A stretch of 64,000 nt of DNA from Ignavibacteriota bacterium (GCA_963801355.1 CAWDEM010000008.1:2880001-2944000), one strand, 5' to 3'. Counted from the stretch's first letter, positions 30,056 to 40,839 are shown. The notes: generated by a model not told the origin, from the letters alone. Translations and numbers: made by a program.

Positions 30056-31300
30056 GTGCAACTTTCATACAAAGAACTTCTCGATCGATCGTTACATGCC
30101 GTACCGACCGCCACGGATCTCTCCGGGGATGTCTGCACGGCGGCATCCGGACGCCGCTGCTCCCTCTGCAACGCGTCCCGTATGACATACGGGACTGAAC
30201 TCGCGGGAAAACGCGAGGCAGTCCGACAATTCTGGGAGCAATCATTCAGCCCTTCGCTGCTCCTTCCCCTTCGCCCCTCCCCACGGGGACGGCGGTATCG
30301 ATCCATCTCCAAACGCAAGCTCCATGTCCAGGGCCGGGACGTAGTGCTCGGACTGATCGATCCGGAGGAATCCGCAACGGGAGGCATTCTGCCGGTCAAT
30401 GCGTGCGACATCGAACCCGCCTCACACCAGGAAGTGTACCGGCGCGTCCTGACCGTGATATCTTCTCCGGCCTTACGCTCATTGATTGCGGCATTGAGCT
30501 ATCTGATTGTGCGCGGAGATGAACAGGACACGCTGGTGATTCTCAGCGTGTCGGCATCCTCCCCCTCACTCGTGAAATCGGCGAATGCCCTTTCCAAAAT
30601 CCTGACGGCGGCACCGTCAACGGTGCGTGCGGTCTACCTCCATGAAGACGACAGCGACGGCCGGTATTATCTCGGCTCCGGCAATCCGGCTGCACGCACC
30701 AGCCTGCGCAAACTCTACGGAGTGCAGGGACTGAAGCATGAGGTGGGGGGCAAACGGTTTTTCTATCCACCGGCATCATTCTCGCAGGTGAATCATCCGG
30801 CACTCACCACGCTCACTGAAACCATCCGCACGTTCCTGTCCCCCCACACCGGAGGGACGCTGCTGGATCTGTACTGCGGTTACGGGCTGTTCGGGTTGCT
30901 CTTCGCAAAATCATTTGACCATGTTCTGGGTGCGGATATCTCCCCCGATGCGATCGGCGCCGCCAACGACAATGCCGCACGCCAGGGTGCACGCAACGCC
31001 CGGTTTGTCCGGAGTACCCTGGATGAAGAATCCCTCGGCACGATCCTGCGCCGTTGCCGGCCGCCGGTCTCGGTCATCCTGGACCCACCCCGCGGCGGAA
31101 CAGCCGATGGTGTTCTCTCACTGCTGGCCGTCTTTACTCCGTCGCGCGTCGTGCATCTCTTCTGCAACGTCGACCGGATGCCGCAGGAACTCGCCGCGTG
31201 GGAACGGGAAGGTTATCGTGTGGAAGCCGCAGTGCCCGTCGACATGTTCCCCGGAACCGCAGCATTGGAGATTGTGGTGGGATTGACGCGTCAGGTGTAG
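30056..31300 (+). CDS. RlmD/TrmA-family RNA (uracil-5)-methyltransferase, no TRAM domain
   Basis: SFSQVN, LDLYCGYG, LDPPR, catalytic FCN, VDMFPGT; Cys cluster C-x7-C-x2-C. Confidence 0.85.
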   Translation: MQLSYKELLDRSLHAVPTATDLSGDVCTAASGRRCSLCNASRMTYGTELAGKREAVRQFWEQSFSPSLLLPLRPSPRGRRYRSISKRKLHVQGRDVVLGLIDPEESATGGILPVNACDIEPASHQEVYRRVLTVISSPALRSLIAALSYLIVRGDEQDTLVILSVSASSPSLVKSANALSKILTAAPSTVRAVYLHEDDSDGRYYLGSGNPAARTSLRKLYGVQGLKHEVGGKRFFYPPASFSQVNHPALTTLTETIRTFLSPHTGGTLLDLYCGYGLFGLLFAKSFDHVLGADISPDAIGAANDNAARQGARNARFVRSTLDEESLGTILRRCRPPVSVILDPPRGGTADGVLSLLAVFTPSRVVHLFCNVDRMPQELAAWEREGYRVEAAVPVDMFPGTAALEIVVGLTRQV

Positions 31301-31306
31301 GCCGGC

Positions 31307-31981
31307 TCAGCGCGGAACAGCAGGAAGCGATTCAAACGGCACATCCAGAAGCGGATAGCGCCGCCAGTCGCGGTAGTCGAAGTGCCACCATTCAGAAGGC
31401 TCCGCCGTAAACCCCTCTGCCAGCATCGCGGTCCGCAACAGTGACCGCATTCGCCGCTGCCGGGGTGTTCCCCCCTGATACGATCCGGCCGCACGGGGGC
31501 TGAATTCGTCAAACGGCGTGGGCATCTCAACTTCGTTGCCCGACTTCAGATCGTAGAGCGAGAGATCCACGGCACATCCGCGGTTGTGCTTCGAGCCCTT
31601 CACCGGCGATGCGACAAACTTCCGCAGCGCGGGAGGGGTCGCATCCCAGAATTGTTTCGTCACCGTCCAGGGGCGGTACCCGTCGAACACCAGAAGACCG
31701 TACCCCGCTTTCTGCAATGCTTTGTGAGCCCGCACAAGAGCCTCCCCTGCGGGCCTCTGAAGGAACGCCCGGGCGGAAGAGTACATCTGCCTGCCCATGA
31801 AATTCTTCGGGGTGGCGTACCGGATATCCAGGTGTATCGTCGAATCAAGGGTCACGACTTCCACAAGGTCCCGGGCCATCCGGACATCCCGGACGGGCTG
31901 GGCACATACCATGCCGGCAGCACACAGTGCGCAGAGCAGGAGAAGCGCCCCGCGATGGATTCCTGCACGGTGTTCCGTCAA
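31307..31981 (-). CDS. D-Ala-D-Ala dipeptidase (M15D, VanX/DdpX-like), exported
   Basis: DIRYATPKNF, FDGYRP, SKHNRGCAVD, EWWHFDY; signal peptide; TTG 31981 overlaps upstream TGA (ATG 31999 alternative). Confidence 0.88.
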   Translation of the reverse strand: MTEHRAGIHRGALLLLCALCAAGMVCAQPVRDVRMARDLVEVVTLDSTIHLDIRYATPKNFMGRQMYSSARAFLQRPAGEALVRAHKALQKAGYGLLVFDGYRPWTVTKQFWDATPPALRKFVASPVKGSKHNRGCAVDLSLYDLKSGNEVEMPTPFDEFSPRAAGSYQGGTPRQRRMRSLLRTAMLAEGFTAEPSEWWHFDYRDWRRYPLLDVPFESLPAVPR

Positions 31982-34755
31982 ATCTGCTGTTTCCCCCATT
32001 TCATCAGCGCAACTTCGCACTGCACGTAAAACTCCTTTGTATCCGAGGGGTGCAAGCTGAGCACACGGCTGTGCAATGGCGTGTTGCGCCACGGGAGGAA
32101 CAGCCGCAACAGCGTGGCTCCCGAGTTCAGTCGCACATGAATCTCTGCTCCGCCGCTCCCCACACCGACTGAATACGGCGGCAGGAGATTGCCGATGACT
32201 TCCTTGAGCCATGTGCGCGCCGTGAGCGTCTGGGCCGGATCCAGCCTCCCGAGAGGGTCCAGCAAGCGGTACCTCAACGGACGGAGTGCGTTGGTTTTTG
32301 CGTCCCAGAGGCGAAGACGCTCAATCTCCGAAAAGTGCACCGACAATGAAGTCTTATCCTTGAACAGGATGCGGATACGGTCCTCCATGAGATCGTACAG
32401 CGTCGGCTGACCCCTGAGGAAGGGCACCACGCCGAGGTACCAGAGCGTCAGGGCATACCACACGAGCAGCAGGCTCGCCAGGACGCCCACGACCAGCTGC
32501 ACCAATACCTCGTGACTCTGAGCACCGGCCATCATGCGGATCAGCCAGAAAATGGGGAGGATCGGAATGAGCATGGCCAGAAGCGGAGGCAGGATCGCTT
32601 TGACCGTATCTACGGCGTTCACATGGGCGCCCGCGGATTGATAGAGCTCCCTGACGGCAACTGCTTTCCGTTCGAAAAAGTCTTCCGATTCCTCGCGGGA
32701 ATACATCTGCCGGACCTTGTGCCCCGACCGGCTGAGGTATTCCGCAGCCTTTTCCCAGAGCTCCGCCTTTTCGTAATGGAACGCGAGGAGTTCGTAGTAC
32801 TCCATGAGGCGATCCGCATACAGCTGTTCGATGGCACGGGCAATGGAAGCGTGCAGCTCCTTCCGTTTGTTCACCAGCATCGTGTTGTACGCGACTTCCT
32901 GGATCAGGAAGTGCTTGAAGAGGTACTCGTATTCGCGGGCCTCGTCCTTCTTCAGGATGAGTTCCAGCGACCGGAGTTCCGTCAGCGACGGCACAAGGTC
33001 GACGTGCGTGCCGACGACGCGTTCGAGGAGCGGCCGGGAAAACTCCCTTCCTATGGCGGACGCCCCGAACAGGATATCTTTGATGCTGTCCTGCAGTTGA
33101 TCGATGCGGGCCATGATAATGCCCTGGATGGTGCCGGGTACGCCCGCTTCAATGTTGTCGGTGAGCAGCGAGATCTTGTGGTTCTTCACCGCAATCACGC
33201 GTTTGTCCAGAAGTGTCTTGATGATCTCCTGAATGTAGAACGGATTCCCCTCGGAGCGTCTCAGTATAAAATCCTCCACCTCCGGAGGGATACTGCCGGC
33301 ATTCAGGCGGTACAGGATCAGGCGGCGGGCATCCTCCTGGCTGAGCCGGTTCAAATCCAATACCGTACTCCGGCCGGCCAGGGCCAGGGGCAGCCGGTAC
33401 TCATTACGGTAGGTCAGCACGAACAACGCGAGCACGCTCTCCTCTTCGGGGGCCAACACATACTCCAGCAGCTCCTGGGAGAACCGATCGATCCAGTGAA
33501 GGTCTTCAAGGATGAACATCATCGGGCGGCGGGCGGCGAGGGCGGTGCAGAGGGCACGGACAGCCCCGAAGATGCGCTGCTTGCGCACCTTCTCATCAAG
33601 AAGCATAATTTCTTCAAACCGGACCGACAGCAACGTTGCCAGGTATGCTTCGTGCTCCTGGAGGCCGACCGGTGCCAGCTTCACCTTCAGCCGTTCACGG
33701 ATCTGTGTCACCGACGCGTCGGCCTGTACCTTGAGCAGGTGTTTCAGAAGGACGGTCCAGACGTAATAGGGTGTGGTCGTCTCGAAACTCGAGCATGCCC
33801 CTTCCACGGTAAAGTGCCCCTGTTGGCGCGCCAGCTTCACCATCTCCGCCTTCAGCCGTGATTTGCCGACACCCGCTTCCCCGCGGAGGCACAGCAGCGC
33901 ATGGTCCCTGCGCACAACCGTCTCCAACGCGCTGTTGAAGATTTCCAGCTCCTGTACCCGGCCGACAAAGTTATCCTGACCCATCACCTGTGCGCTACGG
34001 TCGGCTTCATCCTTGATCGAGAGGAGGCGGTAGACCGGGACGGACGCCGCCTTGCCGCGCAGCGTCGCGTCAATGGGACCTTCGGCTTCGACGATGTCGG
34101 CCACGAGCTTGTGGGTGTCGGCCGAGAGGTAGACCTGGCCGCGCGGTGCGATTTCCACAAGCCGCGATGCAAGGTTCACTGTGTCACCGATCACCGTGTA
34201 GTCCATCCGGAGATCGGTGCCGATGTTCCCGGCGATGACCATGCCGCTGTGCAAACCCGCATGCAGTCCGAGCGGACCCGGCAGCGTGTCCGCCCGCGAG
34301 GCGTTGAACCGGCCGATATCCGCCATCATATCCACGGCACAGCGTATGGCCCGCTCCGGATCGTTCTCGTGTGCAAGGGGGGCGCCGAAGATCGCCATGA
34401 TCCCGTCGCCGATGAATTTGTCGATCGTTCCCTCGTACTTGAGCACAATGGAGACGAGCCCCGCAAAGCAGTCGTTCAGAATTGCCGAGACATCCTCGGG
34501 ATCCATCTGTTCGGAGAGCGTGGTGAAGCCTGTGACATCGGCGAACACGATGGTGACAAGACGACGTTCGCTTTCGATCAGCTTTCCGGCGTCGAGAATA
34601 CGTTGGGCAAGATCGTGAGGGATGTAATTGCGCAGGAGCGTCAACCCATCCAGTGACGGGCGGCGCGGGATGGGAGCGCCTTCAATGGTCGTTCCGCAAT
34701 ACAGGCAGAACCGTGAGACTTCGGGGATACTCCGCGCGCAGAAGGGACACTGCAT
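31978..34755 (-). CDS. Zinc-ribbon / class III adenylate cyclase / STAND AAA ATPase protein with C-terminal TM helices
   Basis: CPFC..CLYC; FADVTGFT, DKFIGD, DYTVIGDTVNLASRL; Walker A GEAGVGKS, Walker B ILEDLHW; GNPFY; two hydrophobic helices near the C-terminus. Confidence 0.88.
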   Translation of the reverse strand: MQCPFCARSIPEVSRFCLYCGTTIEGAPIPRRPSLDGLTLLRNYIPHDLAQRILDAGKLIESERRLVTIVFADVTGFTTLSEQMDPEDVSAILNDCFAGLVSIVLKYEGTIDKFIGDGIMAIFGAPLAHENDPERAIRCAVDMMADIGRFNASRADTLPGPLGLHAGLHSGMVIAGNIGTDLRMDYTVIGDTVNLASRLVEIAPRGQVYLSADTHKLVADIVEAEGPIDATLRGKAASVPVYRLLSIKDEADRSAQVMGQDNFVGRVQELEIFNSALETVVRRDHALLCLRGEAGVGKSRLKAEMVKLARQQGHFTVEGACSSFETTTPYYVWTVLLKHLLKVQADASVTQIRERLKVKLAPVGLQEHEAYLATLLSVRFEEIMLLDEKVRKQRIFGAVRALCTALAARRPMMFILEDLHWIDRFSQELLEYVLAPEEESVLALFVLTYRNEYRLPLALAGRSTVLDLNRLSQEDARRLILYRLNAGSIPPEVEDFILRRSEGNPFYIQEIIKTLLDKRVIAVKNHKISLLTDNIEAGVPGTIQGIIMARIDQLQDSIKDILFGASAIGREFSRPLLERVVGTHVDLVPSLTELRSLELILKKDEAREYEYLFKHFLIQEVAYNTMLVNKRKELHASIARAIEQLYADRLMEYYELLAFHYEKAELWEKAAEYLSRSGHKVRQMYSREESEDFFERKAVAVRELYQSAGAHVNAVDTVKAILPPLLAMLIPILPIFWLIRMMAGAQSHEVLVQLVVGVLASLLLVWYALTLWYLGVVPFLRGQPTLYDLMEDRIRILFKDKTSLSVHFSEIERLRLWDAKTNALRPLRYRLLDPLGRLDPAQTLTARTWLKEVIGNLLPPYSVGVGSGGAEIHVRLNSGATLLRLFLPWRNTPLHSRVLSLHPSDTKEFYVQCEVALMKWGKQQI

Positions 34756-34763
34756 TGGCGCGC

Positions 34764-35108
34764 CTACTTGAAGCTCGCGACAGCCTCCTTGAGGGTGTCG
34801 TAGACATCGAACACGAGCGTCAGTTTGGTGATAACGAAGATATTCTGAATGTTCTTGTTGAGTCCCGAGAGCTTGATCTGCCAGTTGCGGCGTGCATACG
34901 TGGTTTGTGCGGAGACCAGCACGCCGATCGCCGTGCTGTTGAGATAGTTCACCCCGCTGAGATCGATCAGCAGTTTCTCATATCCGCGGTCCACAAAACC
35001 CGCTACCGCCTGCCGCAGCTCGACAGTCTCATCGCCACCCATCAATGACCCTTTTGCTTCAATTACGCCAATGCCGCCTTCCGGCAGCGTAGTGGTCGAA
35101 ATGGACAT
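34764..35108 (-). CDS. STAS-domain anti-sigma factor antagonist (paralog A)
   Basis: KLLIDLSGVNYLNSTAIGVLV, IFVITKL; GAGGAG RBS. Confidence 0.9.
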   Translation of the reverse strand: MSISTTTLPEGGIGVIEAKGSLMGGDETVELRQAVAGFVDRGYEKLLIDLSGVNYLNSTAIGVLVSAQTTYARRNWQIKLSGLNKNIQNIFVITKLTLVFDVYDTLKEAVASFK

Positions 35109-35137
35109 GACCGTCTCCTCAAGGTGTGGAACGTTGC

Positions 35138-35166
35138 ATGATACAAGCAATACGGGACATTGTCAA
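35138..35166 (-). promoter_or_regulatory. Near-consensus sigma70 promoter of the STAS-cyclase-dipeptidase operon
   Basis: TTGACA-17 nt-TATCAT. Confidence 0.7.
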
Positions 35167-35273
35167 GGTGACCGGGTGTCAGGGTGGCCGGCTTTCCTCT
35201 TTCTTGAATTTCTCTCCCAAAGGTGGGATATTACCTCTACACTGGATTCCACGACCCACTTTCGAGGCCTTTC

Positions 35274-37535
35274 GTGCAACAAGCCGCCGACGGCGGACAT
35301 ACACCCGTCCAGACAACGCCGCGGGCAGACGATCCACCCGTCCCGGGGAGAATCACCGGCAAGCCTGAAAAACGACGGGCAACGGGCCGTGCCCGGAAAC
35401 AACGCCGCCCCGATCACTCGGCGGAAGCCCCGAACACGTCTTCCTCCGTCCTCGACCCCGCCCTGTATATCAACCGGGAATTGAGCTGGCTTGAGTTCAA
35501 CCAGCGCGTTCTGGACGAAGCCGGCGACCCGCGCCATCCCCTTCTGGAACGCGTCAAATTTCTCTCAATTGTCAGCTCGAACCTGGACGAGTTTTTCATG
35601 ATCCGTGTCGCCGCCATCAAAGACCAGATCGAGGCCGCCGTGTCGGATCATTCCCCGGACGGACGGACACCCGACCAGCAACTTGCCGCCGTGCACGACA
35701 GGGTCTCACACATGCTCCGCGCCATGAGTGACTGCTTCTGGCACGAATTTCATCCGCTCCTGTCGAAGGCTGACATTCACCTCCTCGCAATCACCGGGGT
35801 GACCGGCGAAGAACACGAAGCGCTCCGCGAAATTTTCGCCCGGGAGATTTTTCCCGTGCTGACACCCCTGGCCTTCGACCCCGGCCATCCGTTCCCCTAC
35901 ATATCCAACCTCAGCCTGAGCCTCGCGGTGGTTGTCGTTGATCCGAAAGGAGACGAACGCTTCGCCCGGGTGAAAGTGCCGGATGTGCTCCCCCGCCTGG
36001 TTCCGTTGCCCGGCAACTCCACTCCCGACGCCCCGGCGCGGTTTGTCTGGCTTGAAGATCTCATTGCCGACAACCTGGAGATGCTGTTCCCCGGCATGAA
36101 AGTGAAAGAGTCCTACGCATTCCGCATCACCCGGAATGCCGACATTGAAATACAGGAGGATGAAGCGGATGATCTCCTGAGCTCCATCGAGCAATCCATC
36201 CGCATGCGCAGGTTCGGTTCCGTTGTGCGTATGGACGTTCAGGACAGTATGCCTCCCAGAATCAAGAACATCCTGACTGAGTATCTCGACGTCTCACCAG
36301 CGGAGCTCTATGAAATACGCCCTCCGCTCGGCCTCAGCCATCTCATGAGCCTGCTCAAGCTTCCGCGTCCCGATCTCAAGGATCTCCCGTTTCACCCCTC
36401 TCTCCTCGTCACCGAAGAGGAGAACGAAGATATGTTCAGCGTGATCAGGAGGGGGGATCTGGTGTTGCACCATCCCTATGACGCCTTCGGTGCTGTGGAA
36501 CAGTTCATCCGGAATGCGGCGGAGGATCCCAGCGTGCTGGCGATCAAGCAAACGCTGTACCGCATCGGGAAGGAATCCCCGCTCATTCCCCTCTTCATCC
36601 AGGCTGCAGAGAGCGGGAAGCAGGTTGCGGTGCTCGTCGAGCTGAAGGCGCGCTTCGATGAGGAGAACAACATCATCTGGGCCAAACGGCTTGAAGAGGC
36701 AGGCGTCCATGTCGTGTACGGTCTGGTCGGTCTGAAAACCCATGCGAAAATGGCCCTGGTCGTCCGGAAGGAAGCCGGCGGATTGCGCCGGTATGTGCAC
36801 CTCGGCACCGGCAACTATAACCCGGCGACGGCAAGGATCTACACCGACGTCAGCCTTTTCACGTGCCGCGAAGACATTACCGCGGACGCGACCGAAGTCT
36901 TCAACTACCTGACCGGCTATTCCACGCGGGAGACCTACCGGAAGCTGGCACTGGCACCGGTGAATTTGCGCGAGCACGTCATGGCGCTGGTAGAGCGCGA
37001 GATTACCCACGCACGCAACGGCCGGCCGGCACGGATTATCCTGAAGATGAATTCGCTCACCGACACGAAGATGATCGAGTTGCTGTATGCCGCATCCCAG
37101 GCAGGCGTCACCGTCGAGTTGATCGTCCGGGGAATCTGCTGCCTCCGTCCGGGCATCCCCCGCGTGAGCGACCGCATCCGCGTCATCAGCATCGTCGGCC
37201 GGTTTCTGGAGCACAGCCGTGTCTTCTACTTCGGCAATGACGGCGGTCCTGAACTCTTCCTGAGCAGCGCCGACCTCATGGGCCGCAATCTGAACCGCCG
37301 CGTGGAACTGATGTTCCCCGTCGAAGATCCCGCTCTGGCCCTCCATCTGAAAGAGGAGATCCTTGATACCGCGCTCGCAGACACAGTCCGCGCCCGCATG
37401 CTCCATGCCGACGGCACCTACACGCGCCTGGCAACCAATGAGAATTCGTCAATGCCTGATAGTCAGACCCTGATCATGCGCTCACACACGCGTCCCGCCC
37501 GCCCTCTTCATGTCATTCTACGGGAAACTCCCTGA
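35274..37535 (+). CDS. ppk1: Polyphosphate kinase 1
   Basis: NRELSWLEFNQRVL, SNLDEFF, HPFPYISN, HHPYD, ELKARFDE, KTHAK, GRFLEHSR; start uncertain (GTG 35274 preferred because TTGAAT-17-GATATT at 35204-35232 overlaps the ORF-track start 35223). Confidence 0.93.
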   Translation: MQQAADGGHTPVQTTPRADDPPVPGRITGKPEKRRATGRARKQRRPDHSAEAPNTSSSVLDPALYINRELSWLEFNQRVLDEAGDPRHPLLERVKFLSIVSSNLDEFFMIRVAAIKDQIEAAVSDHSPDGRTPDQQLAAVHDRVSHMLRAMSDCFWHEFHPLLSKADIHLLAITGVTGEEHEALREIFAREIFPVLTPLAFDPGHPFPYISNLSLSLAVVVVDPKGDERFARVKVPDVLPRLVPLPGNSTPDAPARFVWLEDLIADNLEMLFPGMKVKESYAFRITRNADIEIQEDEADDLLSSIEQSIRMRRFGSVVRMDVQDSMPPRIKNILTEYLDVSPAELYEIRPPLGLSHLMSLLKLPRPDLKDLPFHPSLLVTEEENEDMFSVIRRGDLVLHHPYDAFGAVEQFIRNAAEDPSVLAIKQTLYRIGKESPLIPLFIQAAESGKQVAVLVELKARFDEENNIIWAKRLEEAGVHVVYGLVGLKTHAKMALVVRKEAGGLRRYVHLGTGNYNPATARIYTDVSLFTCREDITADATEVFNYLTGYSTRETYRKLALAPVNLREHVMALVEREITHARNGRPARIILKMNSLTDTKMIELLYAASQAGVTVELIVRGICCLRPGIPRVSDRIRVISIVGRFLEHSRVFYFGNDGGPELFLSSADLMGRNLNRRVELMFPVEDPALALHLKEEILDTALADTVRARMLHADGTYTRLATNENSSMPDSQTLIMRSHTRPARPLHVILRETP

Positions 37536-37584
37536 CGCAGACGTTCACGGCCCTGTGCTTCACATCCATACGCCCGGAGGTACC

Positions 37585-40500
37585 ATGATGCGTTCGTACG
37601 TTCTTGCCGCCGCCATGCTGCTCTGCCTGACCACTCCCTCGCTGAGTATGGAGGGACGATTTATGCGTTACCCGGACATCCACGAATCCACGATTGTCTT
37701 CACCTATGAAGGGGACCTCTGGCTCGTTCCCGGTTCCGGCGGTATGGCGACACGTCTGACAAACCATCCCGGCACCGAATATGCCGCGCACTTTTCTCCG
37801 GACGGCTCCCGCCTGGCCTTCACCGCACACTATGACGGCAGCCCCAATGTCTACGTCATGAACAGCACGGGGGGAATTCCCGAACGCCTGACGTATATGC
37901 CGGGCGGCATTCAATCGCTCGGATGGACGCCCGACGGTACACGGGTCATTTTCCGTTCCATGTTTGAAAATGTCATCTATCGAACGCCCAAACTCTATAC
38001 GGCGGACCTGAACGGCTCGCTTCCCGAACGGCTCCCGCCAGACCGCGGGACACTCTGCAGTTTTTCTGCGGATGGCCGCTCGTTCCTCTACACCCGCCGC
38101 GGGAATGAGGAAAACTACTGGAAACGCTACAAGGGAGGCGAACACCCGGACATCTGGCGCTATGACTACGCCACCAACAGCTACACGCAATTGTCAAACT
38201 ATGTCGGCAGGAATACCTACCCCATGTGGATCGGCACCACCATGTACTTCCTTTCCGACCGGGGCAACGGCATCACAAACATCTTCGCTCAGGATCTGAC
38301 CGGCAACACCGTCACACAAATCACCGCCTACGGTGATTTCGATGTCATGATGCCTTCCACGGACGGGAAACGCATCGTGTACGTTCACAGCGGGGACATC
38401 CATGTCTTCGACACAGCCTCGCGTAAAGATACCAGGATTGCAGTCACCATCCCCAGCGATCGGTGGATGACCCGGACCCGGTCCATTGACGCAAAGGACT
38501 TCATCCATGCGGTCGATCTCTCCGGAGACGGCAAACAGGCGGTGATTGAAGCACGGGGCGATCTCTACGCGCTCACGCCGGAGAAGAAACTGTCCATTAA
38601 TCTTTCCATGACCCCCGGAACCCGCGAAATGCACCCCGCCCTGTCGCCGGACGGGAAGACCGTTGCGTTTTTCTCGGACCGGTCAGGCGAATACCAGATC
38701 TATACTCAGCCGGTCTCCGGCGGTCCGTGGACACAGCTGACGACCTCTCTCGACCGCACTCCGTACCGGCTCCTCTGGTCTCCGGACGGCAGGAAGATTC
38801 TGTTCGGCAACAAGGACTTCGCCATTTTCGTGCTGGACATCGCTTCGAAGAAACTCACGAAGATCGATGAGTCGCGCCAGGGGAAGAACGACGAATTCTT
38901 CTGGGAGATCAGCGACTACACATGGTCACCCAACAGCAAATGGATCGCCTACAGTTTCGTGCAGTTCAACCGCAACAGCCAGATATTCCTCTATTCGCTT
39001 GAGCAGGGTACCCGGGCCGCCGTCACCGACGACTTCTTCGACAATCTCTACCCTGCCTTTGACAAGGCCGGCGGGTACCTGTACTACGTTTCCAGCAGAA
39101 ACTTCGATGTTCAGATGGATTTCTACGAAGACAACCACGTGTACGAACATCCCCAGCAGGTTATGGCTGTCCAGCTCCGCGCCGGGGAGAAACCGCTGTT
39201 TGCGGATTCCGTCGCCGGCACCCCGACGAAAGGCGCCGTGGATTCCTTCCGCATTGACCTGAAAGACATCCAGAAACGGGTCACCCCCCTTCCGGTTCCC
39301 GCAGGAAATTACTTCTACCTGAAAGCGGCCAGAGGGAAAGTTCTGTGGGCCTCGGTGCCGAAATTCACCGAGGATGAGTACGAAGAGATCTTCAGACCCG
39401 GCGGTGCCACGAAGTGGTCGCTGCACATGTTTGATGTCGAACAGAAGAAGGAAACCGTACTTTCCGACAAGGTACAGGACTTCCGTCTCTCGGTAAACGG
39501 TCAACACCTGCTCGTGAAGAAGGATGGTGGCTATTTCACTTCGAAAGTGGAGAAGGCGTTCGAATCCAAAGCCGCCGGCGAGAAACTCGATCATGGTGTT
39601 TTGGCATACACCGTCGACAACCAGGCCGAATGGACGCAGATATTCAACGACGCGTGGCGCTGGTACCGAGATTTCTTCTACGACCCCGGAATGCACGGCC
39701 GCGATTGGAAAAAGATGGGCGAGACCTATCGCGCGTACATTCCCGCGCTCTCTTCCCGCGAGGAACTCAACTGGGTGCTGCAGCAAATGGTGGGTGAACT
39801 CTGCGTGTCTCACACCTACATCGGCGGCGGTGACCAGGTGTCACTGAAGCCGCCTCCCTCACCGGTGTTCACGGGCTGGCTCGGCGCTGACCTGGTGCCG
39901 GACGCTTCTGCGGGCCGCTACAAATTCGCGCGCATCTACGGACCGACTGAGTACAACAGCAGCATCGCCGGCCCCCTCGTGCGACCCGATATCGACCTGC
40001 AGGAGGGGGGATATCTCATCGCCATCAATGGCGTCGAGGTGCACCCCCCGATGGATTACCACCGTCTCCTGCAGGTCACCGCAGGACAGAAGGTCGACAT
40101 TACGGTACATGCACGGCCGACGAACGAAGGCGCCAGAACGTATGCCGTCACCCCCATCCGCTACAACGCGTCGCTCCGCTATCACCGGTGGGTCGCGGAT
40201 AATATCAACTACGTCCTCAAAGCCACCGACGGGAAAGTCGGCTACATGCACATCACCGCCATGGGATCGGGCGGCATCGGGGAATTCGACAAATACTGGC
40301 GCGCCTTCCGCTATAAAGAGGGATTGATCATCGATGTCCGGCGGAACAGCGGCGGGTGGACGGAATACTTCCTCATCGACAAACTCGAGCGGAAAGTGAC
40401 CGCCTATAACAATCTGAAAAATATGGCCCCCTTCCGCTATCCGGGATCGACTTCCACCGCACACTATGTGGCGATCTCGAATGAGTACAACGGTTCGGAC

Positions 40501-40830
40501 GGCGAGGCTTTCATCGAAGACTTCAAGGCCAACAAGCTGGGTCAGGTTGTCGGCGTCCCTTCCTGGGGCGGATTGGTGGGCATTTTGAACCGGCAGACCA
40601 CCGTCGATAACGGCAGCGTCGAGCAATCCAATAATGCGTTTTACGGCGAGAAGGGCACGTGGCTCGTGGAGAATCACGGAGCCGATCCGGATATTCTCAT
40701 CGACAACGATCCGTCGTCGGTTGCAGCGGGGAAAGATGCGCAGCTGGACAAGGCGATTGAGGTGGTCATGAAGAACATCCGCGAGCGGCCGTTCCGGTTC
40801 CCGGCACAGCCTCCGTATCCGAAAAAGTGA
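37585..40830 (+). CDS. Tricorn-like S41 protease with signal peptide, beta-propellers and PDZ
   Basis: IVFTYEGDLW, PD40-type FSPDG repeats, GELCVSHTY, DVRRNSGG, catalytic GSDGE, DAQLDKAI; GGAGG RBS. Confidence 0.9.
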   Translation: MMRSYVLAAAMLLCLTTPSLSMEGRFMRYPDIHESTIVFTYEGDLWLVPGSGGMATRLTNHPGTEYAAHFSPDGSRLAFTAHYDGSPNVYVMNSTGGIPERLTYMPGGIQSLGWTPDGTRVIFRSMFENVIYRTPKLYTADLNGSLPERLPPDRGTLCSFSADGRSFLYTRRGNEENYWKRYKGGEHPDIWRYDYATNSYTQLSNYVGRNTYPMWIGTTMYFLSDRGNGITNIFAQDLTGNTVTQITAYGDFDVMMPSTDGKRIVYVHSGDIHVFDTASRKDTRIAVTIPSDRWMTRTRSIDAKDFIHAVDLSGDGKQAVIEARGDLYALTPEKKLSINLSMTPGTREMHPALSPDGKTVAFFSDRSGEYQIYTQPVSGGPWTQLTTSLDRTPYRLLWSPDGRKILFGNKDFAIFVLDIASKKLTKIDESRQGKNDEFFWEISDYTWSPNSKWIAYSFVQFNRNSQIFLYSLEQGTRAAVTDDFFDNLYPAFDKAGGYLYYVSSRNFDVQMDFYEDNHVYEHPQQVMAVQLRAGEKPLFADSVAGTPTKGAVDSFRIDLKDIQKRVTPLPVPAGNYFYLKAARGKVLWASVPKFTEDEYEEIFRPGGATKWSLHMFDVEQKKETVLSDKVQDFRLSVNGQHLLVKKDGGYFTSKVEKAFESKAAGEKLDHGVLAYTVDNQAEWTQIFNDAWRWYRDFFYDPGMHGRDWKKMGETYRAYIPALSSREELNWVLQQMVGELCVSHTYIGGGDQVSLKPPPSPVFTGWLGADLVPDASAGRYKFARIYGPTEYNSSIAGPLVRPDIDLQEGGYLIAINGVEVHPPMDYHRLLQVTAGQKVDITVHARPTNEGARTYAVTPIRYNASLRYHRWVADNINYVLKATDGKVGYMHITAMGSGGIGEFDKYWRAFRYKEGLIIDVRRNSGGWTEYFLIDKLERKVTAYNNLKNMAPFRYPGSTSTAHYVAISNEYNGSDGEAFIEDFKANKLGQVVGVPSWGGLVGILNRQTTVDNGSVEQSNNAFYGEKGTWLVENHGADPDILIDNDPSSVAAGKDAQLDKAIEVVMKNIRERPFRFPAQPPYPKK

Positions 40831-40839
40831 TAGCTGTTC

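Noticed and set aside
31307-31981. VanX-like gene as a vancomycin-resistance cluster
   Set aside because: No vanH/vanA/vanRS; exported M15D dipeptidases are common in Gram-negative bacteria
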